Positions 19,401-28,150 of a stretch of 64,000 nt of DNA are shown piece after piece. The position numbers were made by a program, and so were the translations under genes. The notes under the pieces are model-generated. The model saw nothing but the letters and a program-made list of their open reading frames with translations, was not told the origin of the DNA and ran no database searches. How positions within the stretch are numbered: the first letter of the stretch is position 1; each line of letters begins with the position of its first letter. This DNA is from a bacterium (lineage in GTDB: Bacteria > Fidelibacterota > Fidelibacteria > Fidelibacterales > Fidelibacteraceae), in assembly GCA_963676395.1 (NCBI GenBank), contig OY781066.1, positions 1,280,001 through 1,344,000 of the forward strand, written 5' to 3'.

Positions 19401-22400
19401 ATGAAAAAAACCTTGAAAATCATAATGTTAGTGACTTTGTCGCTGAGTGTAGCCTTTGCTGTTGAGGCTTACTATGCAAATCAATATCTCTTCAATTTGA
19501 ATGCTGATGAGATGCCTTTAACAAAAGAGCAAATGCAAACGTTAAAGACACCTTATCCGCATTTAAATAAATTAATAAAGAAATATGATGTGGTTCGTAT
19601 AGAGCCATGGTTAAAACATGCTAAAGCAGATGAATCGTTTGATGGGGTATATTTAAACAGGGTTTATCGTTTGGTTACTTCTGCAATACAACCCGCTCCT
19701 CTTTTAATCGCAGATGAAATTGCTTCATCATCAAAAAAAATTATGAATGCCGAACCTGAAGCGATCATGCGAACATCTTCTGCTATACCTAATGACCCGG
19801 GTATGGGTAAGCAGTGGTTCTTGCATAAAGCAAACGTACCGGATGCTTGGAAACTATGGAACTTGGAAGCGGGAGAAGTGCCAGGTGATAGAAGTATAGT
19901 TGTGGCTGTTGTTGACGATGGTGTGGAATATACTCACCCGGATTTATGGAAAAACATATGGATTAATCAGGATGAGATATCTGCAACATATTTTGGACTA
20001 ATTGACACAGATGCAAATGGATTTGTTACGCCAGAAGAAGCTGTTGCTTTTACCGGTGATCTGAATGGAAATGGGAAAGCTGATCTTAGAGATGTGTTGT
20101 CCTCCATGTCACCTCTAACTGATGGTGTAGATAATGATAGCGATGGTTATATTGATAATATCATTGGTTGGGACACTAACGAATCAGGACGTTCCTCTGA
20201 TGATGATAAAGATCCAATGGTAACGAATAATTCTCATGGAACACATGTTGCAGGTCTTGTTGGAGCAACAAGCAATAATGGCGTTGGGGTTGCATCTGCT
20301 GCTTATAATATTTCTATTATGGCCGTAAAGGCGACCGGAGACGAAACGGTTTTAAGTATTAATACGGGATATGATGGTATGTTGTATGCAGCTCAGGCCG
20401 GAGCCGATATTATTAATTGTTCTTGGGGTGGTCCGGGCTATAACTCCTATGCCCAAACTCTTATATATACCATCACAAACACCTATGGTTCTTTAATGAT
20501 CGCTGCAGCCGGTAACGGTGACGATTACGGGAATCCGGATGATACACCGCACTATCCTTCTGGCTACGATAATGTTATATCTGTAACGGCAGTATCTTCT
20601 TCAGATGTTTTTTCATGGGCGAATTATGGAGCGGCTGATGGGAATTTTAAAGGCATTGATATTTCAGCGCCCGGCGAAAGCTTGTATAGCACCTATTTAA
20701 CAAAAGATAATCCATATGCTTATTTGACCGGAACTTCTATGGCGTCACCCTTCGTGGCTTCATGTTTTGCTTTACTTAAGTCGGTTTATCCCGATAGTTC
20801 AAATGAATGGTTGACTGAACGTATGCTAAACAATACTGATCCTATAGATCATTTAAATCCTGATTTCGCCGGTGAACTGGGGAGAGGCCGAGTTAATATG
20901 CTAAAAGCTTTGGTATTTGATAAATGGCCAAACTTGAGCGTAGCGAAACTTAATCAAAGTATTGGATCTGGAGATGGTGATTCTATTTTGAATCCGGGTG
21001 AAACCGTTGATGTAAACCTAGAGTTGATGAATGATAGTGGTTGGACTCAAGCATCTCAGGTTTCAGGAGTATTATCAACTGATGAAGAAGGTGTTTTGCT
21101 TTTAGATTCTATTGCTTCTTGGTCATCAATTTCTTCCGGTAGCAGTTTGCTTAATGAAGGGAATGGTTTTAAAATTCAGTTTGATTCTGATGCAGAGATA
21201 AAAACCTATAGTTTTAATCTTGATTTGCTTTCGAATGAAGCCGGTAGTTTTCCATATCGCAAAACTTTAAAGATTAATATTGACCTTTCACTTGTTCAAG
21301 AAGGTTTTCCATTTTATGCAAAGACTGAGGTAGAGGCAGGTGTTGTTTGCGCTGATGTTAATGATAATGGAAATCAAGAGATCATTTTTGCAGATAAGAG
21401 TGGTTACTTATATATAATTGACGCCATGGGCGATACACTTCCTAATTTTCCTATTGCTCTGGGCTCACAACCCGGTGGTATAGCAGTCGCTGATATTGAT
21501 CTGGATGATACGCTTGAGATCGTGACTACTTTGTTTGATAAAAAGGTTCAGGTATATGATGTAAGCGGAAAAAAAGAATGGTCACGTAAAGCAGGGCTTT
21601 TTATTACCGGATTGCCCGCTATTGGTAATTTGGATGCCGATCCCGAACTCGAAGTTGTTTTTACTGCCTATGATCAAAAAATATACGCTGTAAATCATGA
21701 CAGTACTGATGTTCCGGGTTTCCCATATTTAACAGGACAATTGCTTCATAGCGGTCCCTCTTTAGCAGATATAAATGGCGATGGGAAAGATAATATTATC
21801 GTTGCTTCAAAAGGTGGGCAATGTCTTGTATTGAATAGTGATACAACCCCTATGACTTCATGGCCGGTAAATGGATTAGGCTCAATTATCGCGGAGCCAC
21901 AGGTAATACTGGGTAATGATACTTCTGCAGTAATACTTGTTGGTAACGAAGGTGGAGATATATATGCATTAAATATCGATGGTAGCCAAAGGTTTAGTGT
22001 TAATGGTTCCGGTTCAATTAGAACATCTCCTGCATTATATTTTGATGGAGGAGAAGCTTTTGCATTTTTTGCTACAACGACAGGCAATATTTATAAAATA
22101 GATTTAAATACCGGAGACCTGGTAGAATCATGGCCAAAAACGATTGCATCACAATTGTATCATTCTTTAACTATTTGTGATATACCCGTAGAAGGAAGCA
22201 TGACCCCTTGTATTCTTGCTATGGGTAACAATGGAAAACTTTATACCATGGATTTGAATGGAAATTCTGTAGGGAATAATTTTCCCTTGGATACGAAGTA
22301 TTTATCAAAATCTTCACCGGTCCTAAGTGATATAGATGCTGATGGTGATTTAGATATTATTACCGGAAACTATTCGGGTGTTACTGTTCAGGATTTAAAA

Positions 22401-22769
22401 ACCATTATGGGTACCAATTATTGGCCGATGCATAAGGGTAGTGCAGATAGACGAGGATCTGTAAGTCAAATGTTAACGTCAGTCGATGATGGGTCAATCT
22501 TGGCAAACACGTTTGAATTAATGGGTAATTATCCCAACCCTTTTAATCCAACTACCATGATCAGATTTACTATTCCTTCAATATCGACAATGACATTGAA
22601 AGTATATTCCTTAGATGGTAAGGAAGTATATTCAAAGGCATATCAAAACATGAGCGCCGGAGTCAATGAAATTGATCTTAATATGAATAGCTTTGCTTCA
22701 GGTCTATACATCTATTCCTTGCGTTTCGGTGATCTTGTTAAAAACTCTAAAATGATCTTAATGAAATAA
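19401..22769 (+). CDS. S8 (subtilisin-like) serine peptidase with FG-GAP repeats and T9SS type A CTD
   Basis: Catalytic triad VAVVDDG, HGTHVAG, GTSMASP; oxyanion AAAGNG; repeats ADVNDNGNQEI, ADIDLDDTLEI, ADINGDGKDNI; CTD GNYPNPFNP...SKMILMK. Confidence 0.93.
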   Translation: MKKTLKIIMLVTLSLSVAFAVEAYYANQYLFNLNADEMPLTKEQMQTLKTPYPHLNKLIKKYDVVRIEPWLKHAKADESFDGVYLNRVYRLVTSAIQPAPLLIADEIASSSKKIMNAEPEAIMRTSSAIPNDPGMGKQWFLHKANVPDAWKLWNLEAGEVPGDRSIVVAVVDDGVEYTHPDLWKNIWINQDEISATYFGLIDTDANGFVTPEEAVAFTGDLNGNGKADLRDVLSSMSPLTDGVDNDSDGYIDNIIGWDTNESGRSSDDDKDPMVTNNSHGTHVAGLVGATSNNGVGVASAAYNISIMAVKATGDETVLSINTGYDGMLYAAQAGADIINCSWGGPGYNSYAQTLIYTITNTYGSLMIAAAGNGDDYGNPDDTPHYPSGYDNVISVTAVSSSDVFSWANYGAADGNFKGIDISAPGESLYSTYLTKDNPYAYLTGTSMASPFVASCFALLKSVYPDSSNEWLTERMLNNTDPIDHLNPDFAGELGRGRVNMLKALVFDKWPNLSVAKLNQSIGSGDGDSILNPGETVDVNLELMNDSGWTQASQVSGVLSTDEEGVLLLDSIASWSSISSGSSLLNEGNGFKIQFDSDAEIKTYSFNLDLLSNEAGSFPYRKTLKINIDLSLVQEGFPFYAKTEVEAGVVCADVNDNGNQEIIFADKSGYLYIIDAMGDTLPNFPIALGSQPGGIAVADIDLDDTLEIVTTLFDKKVQVYDVSGKKEWSRKAGLFITGLPAIGNLDADPELEVVFTAYDQKIYAVNHDSTDVPGFPYLTGQLLHSGPSLADINGDGKDNIIVASKGGQCLVLNSDTTPMTSWPVNGLGSIIAEPQVILGNDTSAVILVGNEGGDIYALNIDGSQRFSVNGSGSIRTSPALYFDGGEAFAFFATTTGNIYKIDLNTGDLVESWPKTIASQLYHSLTICDIPVEGSMTPCILAMGNNGKLYTMDLNGNSVGNNFPLDTKYLSKSSPVLSDIDADGDLDIITGNYSGVTVQDLKTIMGTNYWPMHKGSADRRGSVSQMLTSVDDGSILANTFELMGNYPNPFNPTTMIRFTIPSISTMTLKVYSLDGKEVYSKAYQNMSAGVNEIDLNMNSFASGLYIYSLRFGDLVKNSKMILMK

Positions 22770-22775
22770 TTGAGT

Positions 22776-22881
22776 AGACGGTAAACGGTAATCTGTGGTT
22801 TAAGTATCGAACATTAAATAATGTTTTCGGTTTAATTTGATGAGTTCTAGTTAATTAATCTCCGATCACCGATTACCGAAA
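22776..22881. repeat. Inverted arms of degenerate heptamer repeats
   Basis: Left AGACGGT-AAACGGT-AATCTGT; right TCCGATC-ACCGATT-ACCGAAA (reverse complement TTTCGGT-AATCGGT-GATCGGA). Confidence 0.45.
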
Positions 22882-22888
22882 ATATTAC

Positions 22889-22917
22889 TTGCAAAACAAT
22901 TTCAATCATCTTATAAT
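22889..22917 (+). promoter_or_regulatory. Sigma70 promoter of tRNA-Val
   Basis: TTGCAA (22889-22894), 17 nt, TATAAT (22912-22917), 17 nt upstream of the tRNA. Confidence 0.75.
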
Positions 22918-22934
22918 TACGGGCTTGACATTTC

Positions 22935-23009
22935 GGGCGCTTAGCTCAGTTGGTTCAGAGCACCTGCCTTACAAGCAGGGGGTCACAGGTTCGAGTCCTG
23001 TAGCGCCCA
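22935..23009 (+). tRNA. tRNA-Val(TAC)
   Basis: Cloverleaf: acceptor GGGCGCT/AGCGCCC, D-stem GCTC/GAGC, anticodon arm CCTGC-CTTACAA-GCAGG, T arm ACAGG-TTCGAGT-CCTGT; CCA not encoded. Confidence 0.97.
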
Positions 23010-23016
23010 CACCCAT

Positions 23017-23045
23017 AACCGTCTATTAGACGGTTTTTTTATTTT
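23017..23045 (+). terminator. Rho-independent terminator after tRNA-Val
   Basis: AACCGTCT-ATT-AGACGGTT followed by a T-run. Confidence 0.85.
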
Positions 23046-23113
23046 GGAACAAATATTTTAAAGTAATATTTAATTTCTTATGTATAAATACGGGGTGTAA
23101 GGTGCCAATAAAT

Positions 23114-23524
23114 ATGAAAAAAATATGGTCAATGATAAATGCATTGCTTTTAGTGTTGATATTTTTGCTAATTTTGTTAGTCCCTGAGAGATTGTTTGTT
23201 TTTGACAACAACCTTTGTGTGTTTGAAATTGCCGTTATTGTCGTTTTGCTTTCCAATGCTTTATTTTTCTTAGTAAATTTCATTTTGTCATTTGTTAAAA
23301 TTCAAAGAGTCAAGCCATGTATGGGGTCAGCTATATTTGATCTTCTTCTCTCCGGGTTTTCAATTTTGCTTTTAATGGTAATTAAGGTAATGTCGGATGA
23401 GATTGCACGCGAATGGGATCCAATGAGTGCCTCTATTTGGTCAGAGGGGGAATTTTTTATACTCCTGGTGGCATTTTTAATGATTATGGCGGTGCAACTG
23501 ATTAATTATATTCGCAGGGAATGA
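23114..23524 (+). CDS. Hypothetical membrane protein (about 4 TM segments)
   Basis: ORF with four hydrophobic stretches; no recognised motif; alternative GTG start at 23102. Confidence 0.6.
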   Translation: MKKIWSMINALLLVLIFLLILLVPERLFVFDNNLCVFEIAVIVVLLSNALFFLVNFILSFVKIQRVKPCMGSAIFDLLLSGFSILLLMVIKVMSDEIAREWDPMSASIWSEGEFFILLVAFLMIMAVQLINYIRRE

Positions 23525-23705
23525 TTTTTTTGAACGTTTTCTGAAAATAATTTAAACTTATTATTTAATCTTGGTTTTTTACCTGTATCTTGAAAAATAC
23601 CTCATCATTAAGCCTAAAGTCACGTTGTATCGAATGATTTACGAATTAAAGGTTTTATCGTTACTTATTTACACTTAAATTAGCTTTGAGAATATGGAGT
23701 TTATA

Positions 23706-25694
23706 ATGTCAAAAATAACCGCTGATACAATACGCCTTTTAGCGGCTGATATGGTACAAAAAGCTAATTCCGGACATCCCGGCTTACCTATGGGCATGGC
23801 TGATGTCGCAACAGTGCTTTGGACTGAATTTCTAAAGTATAATCCCCAAGATCCCACTTGGCCTGCACGTGATCGTTTTGTAATGTCTGGAGGACACGGC
23901 TCGTCTTTACTGTACGCTGTTCTTCATTTGGCGGGTTATGATTATTCTATGGAAGATCTTAAAGAATTCAGACAATGGGGGTCTAAAACTCCGGGTCATC
24001 CGGAAAACCATTTGCCGGGAATAGAAACAACCACTGGTCCCTTAGGCCAAGGTTTTACCAATGCGGTTGGATTGGCCATGGCTGCCGAGATCGCTGCTGA
24101 GCAATGGAATGATGACGACAATAAATTATTTGGCCAAAACTATACCTATACTTTTTGTGGTGATGGTGATATGATGGAAGGCATCAGTCATGAGGCTGCA
24201 TCCTTGGCGGGTCATCTTGCATTATCAAAACTTATTTGTGTATATGATAGCAATAAAATAACCATTGATGGGGCAACTGATTTGGCTTTTACCGAAGATG
24301 TAGGCATGCGTTTTAAAGCCTATGGCTGGCATGTGCAAGAAATTGATGGTCACGATCACGCCGAAATATCTTCTGCTTTCAAATCTGCACAACTGGAAGT
24401 CAATAAGCCATCATTGATCATTGCAAAAACAAAGATCGGTTTTGGTAGTCCAAATAAAGAGGGTACAAGTGGTGTTCATGGCGCTCCCTTGGGTGAAGAA
24501 GAATTAAAGCTAACGCGTGAGGCATTGGGATTCCCCATTGATAAAAGCTTTTATATCCAAGATGTAGTTAAGGAAGAGTTCGCTCGTTATCGTAAAGAGC
24601 TCGATAAAGAATATGTAGTCTGGCAAGAAAAGTTTGAAGCATGGAAGATAAGTTCTCCTGAAAAGTTTAAACAATATGACGGACAAATTAATAAAAATCT
24701 GCCTGGTGATTTAGCTGAAGAAATTTTTACAAGTTTAAGTGGAAAAGATAGCGCGACACGCGCACATTCAGGAAATGTTATTCAGGTTGTGGCTGGAAAA
24801 GTTAGCGGATTATTTGGTGGTTCTGCAGACTTAGGGGCTTCCGATAAAACGACTATTAAGGGTGGCGGTTCAGTCATGAAAGCGGCTTTTTCGGGAAAAA
24901 ATATTCATTATGGTATTCGCGAGTTTGCTATGTCGGCCATAATGAATGGTTTAGCACTTTATGGCAATGGAATCATCCCCTTTGCAGGTACTTTTCTTGT
25001 TTTTTCTGATTACATGCGATCGGGCATTCGCATGGCGGCACTTATGAAACAACAGGTAATTTTCGTGTTTACGCACGATAGTATTTTTGTAGGTGAAGAT
25101 GGTCCCACACATCAGCCCATCGAACAGATCATGTCATTACGTCTTGTCCCGGGTTTGCAGGTTATACGCCCCGCGGATGAAACGGAAACCGCGGAGGCCT
25201 GGTTATCTGCTTTGGAATATAAGGATGGCCCTACTGCGCTAATCCTCACCAGACAGAATTTGCCGAATATTCATGATAAGGGAATAAGAATAACTGACTT
25301 TAACAAGGGCGCCTTTATCGTAAAGGAATGCACAGATCCAGATGCAGTTATTTTTGCTTCCGGTTCTGAGGTTGGCATTTCGGTGGAAGCCGCAGAAAAG
25401 CTGTCAAAAGAAGGTATAAATCTACGTGTGGTTTCTGTCCCTTGTTTAGAAAACTTTTTAAATCAGGAACAAAGTTATCAAGAAAAACTTATTCCTGTAA
25501 ATATACCTCTTGTTACGGTTGAAGCAGGACGAACCACGGGCTGGAGAAGTGTAAGGAGCGGTCCGGCTTTAAATATTGGTATTGATCATTTTGGTGCATC
25601 AGCACCTTATGAGCTGTTGGCAGAGAAATATGGATTTACGGCAGAAGCCGTTTATAATAAAATTAAGAGCTGGCTACCTGACATTAAGGCGTAA
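23706..25694 (+). CDS. tkt: Transketolase
   Basis: ANSGHPGLPMG, RDRFVMSGGHGS, GDGDMMEG TPP motif, THDSIFVGEDGPTHQP; GGAG SD favours ATG 23706 over 23694. Confidence 0.97.
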   Translation: MSKITADTIRLLAADMVQKANSGHPGLPMGMADVATVLWTEFLKYNPQDPTWPARDRFVMSGGHGSSLLYAVLHLAGYDYSMEDLKEFRQWGSKTPGHPENHLPGIETTTGPLGQGFTNAVGLAMAAEIAAEQWNDDDNKLFGQNYTYTFCGDGDMMEGISHEAASLAGHLALSKLICVYDSNKITIDGATDLAFTEDVGMRFKAYGWHVQEIDGHDHAEISSAFKSAQLEVNKPSLIIAKTKIGFGSPNKEGTSGVHGAPLGEEELKLTREALGFPIDKSFYIQDVVKEEFARYRKELDKEYVVWQEKFEAWKISSPEKFKQYDGQINKNLPGDLAEEIFTSLSGKDSATRAHSGNVIQVVAGKVSGLFGGSADLGASDKTTIKGGGSVMKAAFSGKNIHYGIREFAMSAIMNGLALYGNGIIPFAGTFLVFSDYMRSGIRMAALMKQQVIFVFTHDSIFVGEDGPTHQPIEQIMSLRLVPGLQVIRPADETETAEAWLSALEYKDGPTALILTRQNLPNIHDKGIRITDFNKGAFIVKECTDPDAVIFASGSEVGISVEAAEKLSKEGINLRVVSVPCLENFLNQEQSYQEKLIPVNIPLVTVEAGRTTGWRSVRSGPALNIGIDHFGASAPYELLAEKYGFTAEAVYNKIKSWLPDIKA

Positions 25695-25749
25695 AAAGTT
25701 TAGAAAAAATAATGTTTTCTTAGGCTAAGATATTATATTTATAAGCTTT

Positions 25750-25823
25750 GCCACCTTAGCTCAGTCGGTAGTAGCGACGCTTTCGTAAAGCGTAGGTCGG
25801 CGGTTCGAATCCGCCAGGTGGCT
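25750..25823 (+). tRNA. tRNA-Thr(CGT)
   Basis: Acceptor GCCACCT/AGGTGGC, anticodon arm ACGCT-TTCGTAA-AGCGT, T arm GGCGG-TTCGAAT-CCGCC; discriminator T; CCA not encoded. Confidence 0.93.
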
Positions 25824-25845
25824 CTAGAAATTGTAAGGACTAGTT

Positions 25846-26868
25846 ATGGCAAAAAACAAGAACAATATGTTTAAATGGTTAAACAGTGATATCGCCATTG
25901 ACCTTGGAACAGCGAATACGCTCATTCATATGAAAGGTCAGGGCATTGTAATAAATGAACCCTCAATTGTTTCGAAATCTACAAAGACCGGTAAGATCAT
26001 TGCCGTTGGTAATGAGGCCCGTGATATGCTGGGACGTACTCATCCCAATATCACAACTATCCGCCCCATGAAAGATGGTGTGATTGCCGATTTTGAAATG
26101 ACCGATGGTATGTTGCAGGGTTTTATCAAAAAGATTAACTTATCGCGTTTTGCGCGTCCTAAAATGGTTATTTGCGTTCCTTCCGGTATTACCGAAGTGG
26201 AAAAGCGTGCTGTTCAAGAGTCAGCTGAGAGATCTAATGCATCCAGAGTTCATTTGATCGAAGAGCCGGTAGCGGCAGCTTTGGGTATTGGTCTTGATAT
26301 TTCAAAACCTATTGGTAATATGATCGTTGATATTGGTGGTGGTACAACTGAGATTGCGGTTCTTGCTTTAAATGGTGTCGTAGCAAAAGAATCTATTCGC
26401 GTTGCCGGAGATGAATTGAATAATGCTATTGTTCATTATTTTAGAGCTAAGCACAATTTACTTATTGGTGAACGTACCGCTGAAGAGATAAAGAAGGCTG
26501 TTGGGTCGGCAATTCCAGTCGAAGAAAAGATCATTGCTGTAAAAGGTAGAAATCTATTAACAGGTATACCCAGAACGGTTGAAGTAGATGCAAATGATGT
26601 ATCAAACTGTCTGCAGAAAACTATCGAAATGATGATTGCTGCAATCAAGCGGACCTTAGAGCATACACCTCCCGAATTGTCTGCAGATATTTTGGATCGT
26701 GGTGTGATTCTTACAGGCGGTGGTTCAATGCTGCATGGTTTGGATGAGCGAATTCGCAGAGAAACGAATCTTCCGGTAAGTATTGCAGATGAACCTTTGC
26801 TTTCTGTCGCAAAAGGAACCGGAAAAGTTCTGGAAAATATCGAAAATTATCTTGATATTTTATTATAA
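25846..26868 (+). CDS. mreB: Rod shape-determining protein MreB
   Basis: IAIDLGTANT, IRPMKDGVIADF, VDIGGGTTE, LTGGGSML. Confidence 0.97.
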   Translation: MAKNKNNMFKWLNSDIAIDLGTANTLIHMKGQGIVINEPSIVSKSTKTGKIIAVGNEARDMLGRTHPNITTIRPMKDGVIADFEMTDGMLQGFIKKINLSRFARPKMVICVPSGITEVEKRAVQESAERSNASRVHLIEEPVAAALGIGLDISKPIGNMIVDIGGGTTEIAVLALNGVVAKESIRVAGDELNNAIVHYFRAKHNLLIGERTAEEIKKAVGSAIPVEEKIIAVKGRNLLTGIPRTVEVDANDVSNCLQKTIEMMIAAIKRTLEHTPPELSADILDRGVILTGGGSMLHGLDERIRRETNLPVSIADEPLLSVAKGTGKVLENIENYLDILL

Positions 26869-27663
26869 ATGCTCACAAAACTTTATGACTTTATTATTCG
26901 AAAACACCTTGAGATATTAACATTTATCTTTGTTTTAATATCTTTGGTTTTGCTATCGCAAACGGAAAATAATGTTGTTTTACAAGTCCAAAATACTTGG
27001 CAAGACATGACTGTAGTATTTCAAAAACCTGCGGTTGAACGTCAACGTAAAGAACGATTGGTTGATGAAAACAGTCAGTTACGTATGGATATTTTTCGGT
27101 TGAATCAAGAGGTGGCAAGACTACAGAATCTTAACAGCGAAAATACCAGATTACGTGAGATGTTAGGATTTAAAGATACGGTAAGTTATGAGCTTTTACC
27201 TACATTGATCGTATATAAGGGATATATGGACGGTAATTCTGTTGTTACTATCGATAAAGGTAAAAAAAGTGATGTGCAGGCAAATGATATAATTATAGAC
27301 AAAGAAGGCTTGGTGGGCAAAGTGCTATCCTCAGCGGCCGGAACAAGTCTTGCCAGTATGATCATCGAGCCGGATATCAGGGTGTCGGTTAGAATAAATC
27401 CTTCTCGTGTTTATGGTATACTTCGTTGGCATCATGGTAATACTTTTGTTATTGACGATATTCCTTCAACGATAGATATTCAACCCGGTTGGAGTGTGAC
27501 AACTTCGGGGTTGTCCGAAATTTATCCTCCCGATATTCCCGTGGGCGTTATTACAAAGGTATTGACATCCGAAAATGGTTTTACACATTACATCGAAGGT
27601 ACTTATAATGTATCTTTTAGCAACCTCAGAGAGGTATTTGTATTAAAAAATGATAGAAAGTAA
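26869..27663 (+). CDS. mreC: Rod shape-determining protein MreC
   Basis: N-terminal TM, coiled coil ENTRLREMLGF, IDKG, TSGLSEIYPPDIPVG; follows mreB. Confidence 0.93.
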   Translation: MLTKLYDFIIRKHLEILTFIFVLISLVLLSQTENNVVLQVQNTWQDMTVVFQKPAVERQRKERLVDENSQLRMDIFRLNQEVARLQNLNSENTRLREMLGFKDTVSYELLPTLIVYKGYMDGNSVVTIDKGKKSDVQANDIIIDKEGLVGKVLSSAAGTSLASMIIEPDIRVSVRINPSRVYGILRWHHGNTFVIDDIPSTIDIQPGWSVTTSGLSEIYPPDIPVGVITKVLTSENGFTHYIEGTYNVSFSNLREVFVLKNDRK

Positions 27664-28150
27664 AGCAAAATCTTCGTGGATATTATATTTAGTCATGGCA
27701 GCGCTGTTTTTCTTGTCCGTTGTTTTTAATGAGTATGTTGATATAGCAGGTATTCGTCCTGATATTTTATTGATTATGTTGATCTTTTTATCCATAAGAG
27801 AAAAAGCTGTTATTGCCATTTGCTGTGCCTTTGCTTTTGGTTTATTGCAAGATATGATATTGCCCGGAAATGTTCAATACTGGGGTTTAGCGCCATTATT
27901 TAAGACATTGCTGATATTTGCCTTTTTAAAATTATTTCCATTGATTTCCAGACTAAGAGGTTTTTCTTTTCAGTTAGTAATTCTTGCTTCATTTTTACTT
28001 TATTTTATTTTTTATACCATGTTTTATTATTCCGGTTTTATGAATTCTTTTGCCATATTTTATCGTTATGCACTTCCTGCCTCAATGTATACTTTTGTGA
28101 TTTATCTTCTGCTAAATATGATCTTTCCTCAGTCTGATCAGGCGAGGTGA
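27650..28150 (+). CDS. mreD: Rod shape-determining protein MreD
   Basis: Hydrophobic 166 aa with IRPDILLI and AFAFGLLQD; lies between mreC and mrdA. Confidence 0.88.
   Translation: MIESKAKSSWILYLVMAALFFLSVVFNEYVDIAGIRPDILLIMLIFLSIREKAVIAICCAFAFGLLQDMILPGNVQYWGLAPLFKTLLIFAFLKLFPLISRLRGFSFQLVILASFLLYFIFYTMFYYSGFMNSFAIFYRYALPASMYTFVIYLLLNMIFPQSDQAR

Noticed and set aside
22935..25823. Integrative element at either tRNA
   Set aside because: No integrase or transposase and no duplicated tRNA 3' end seen
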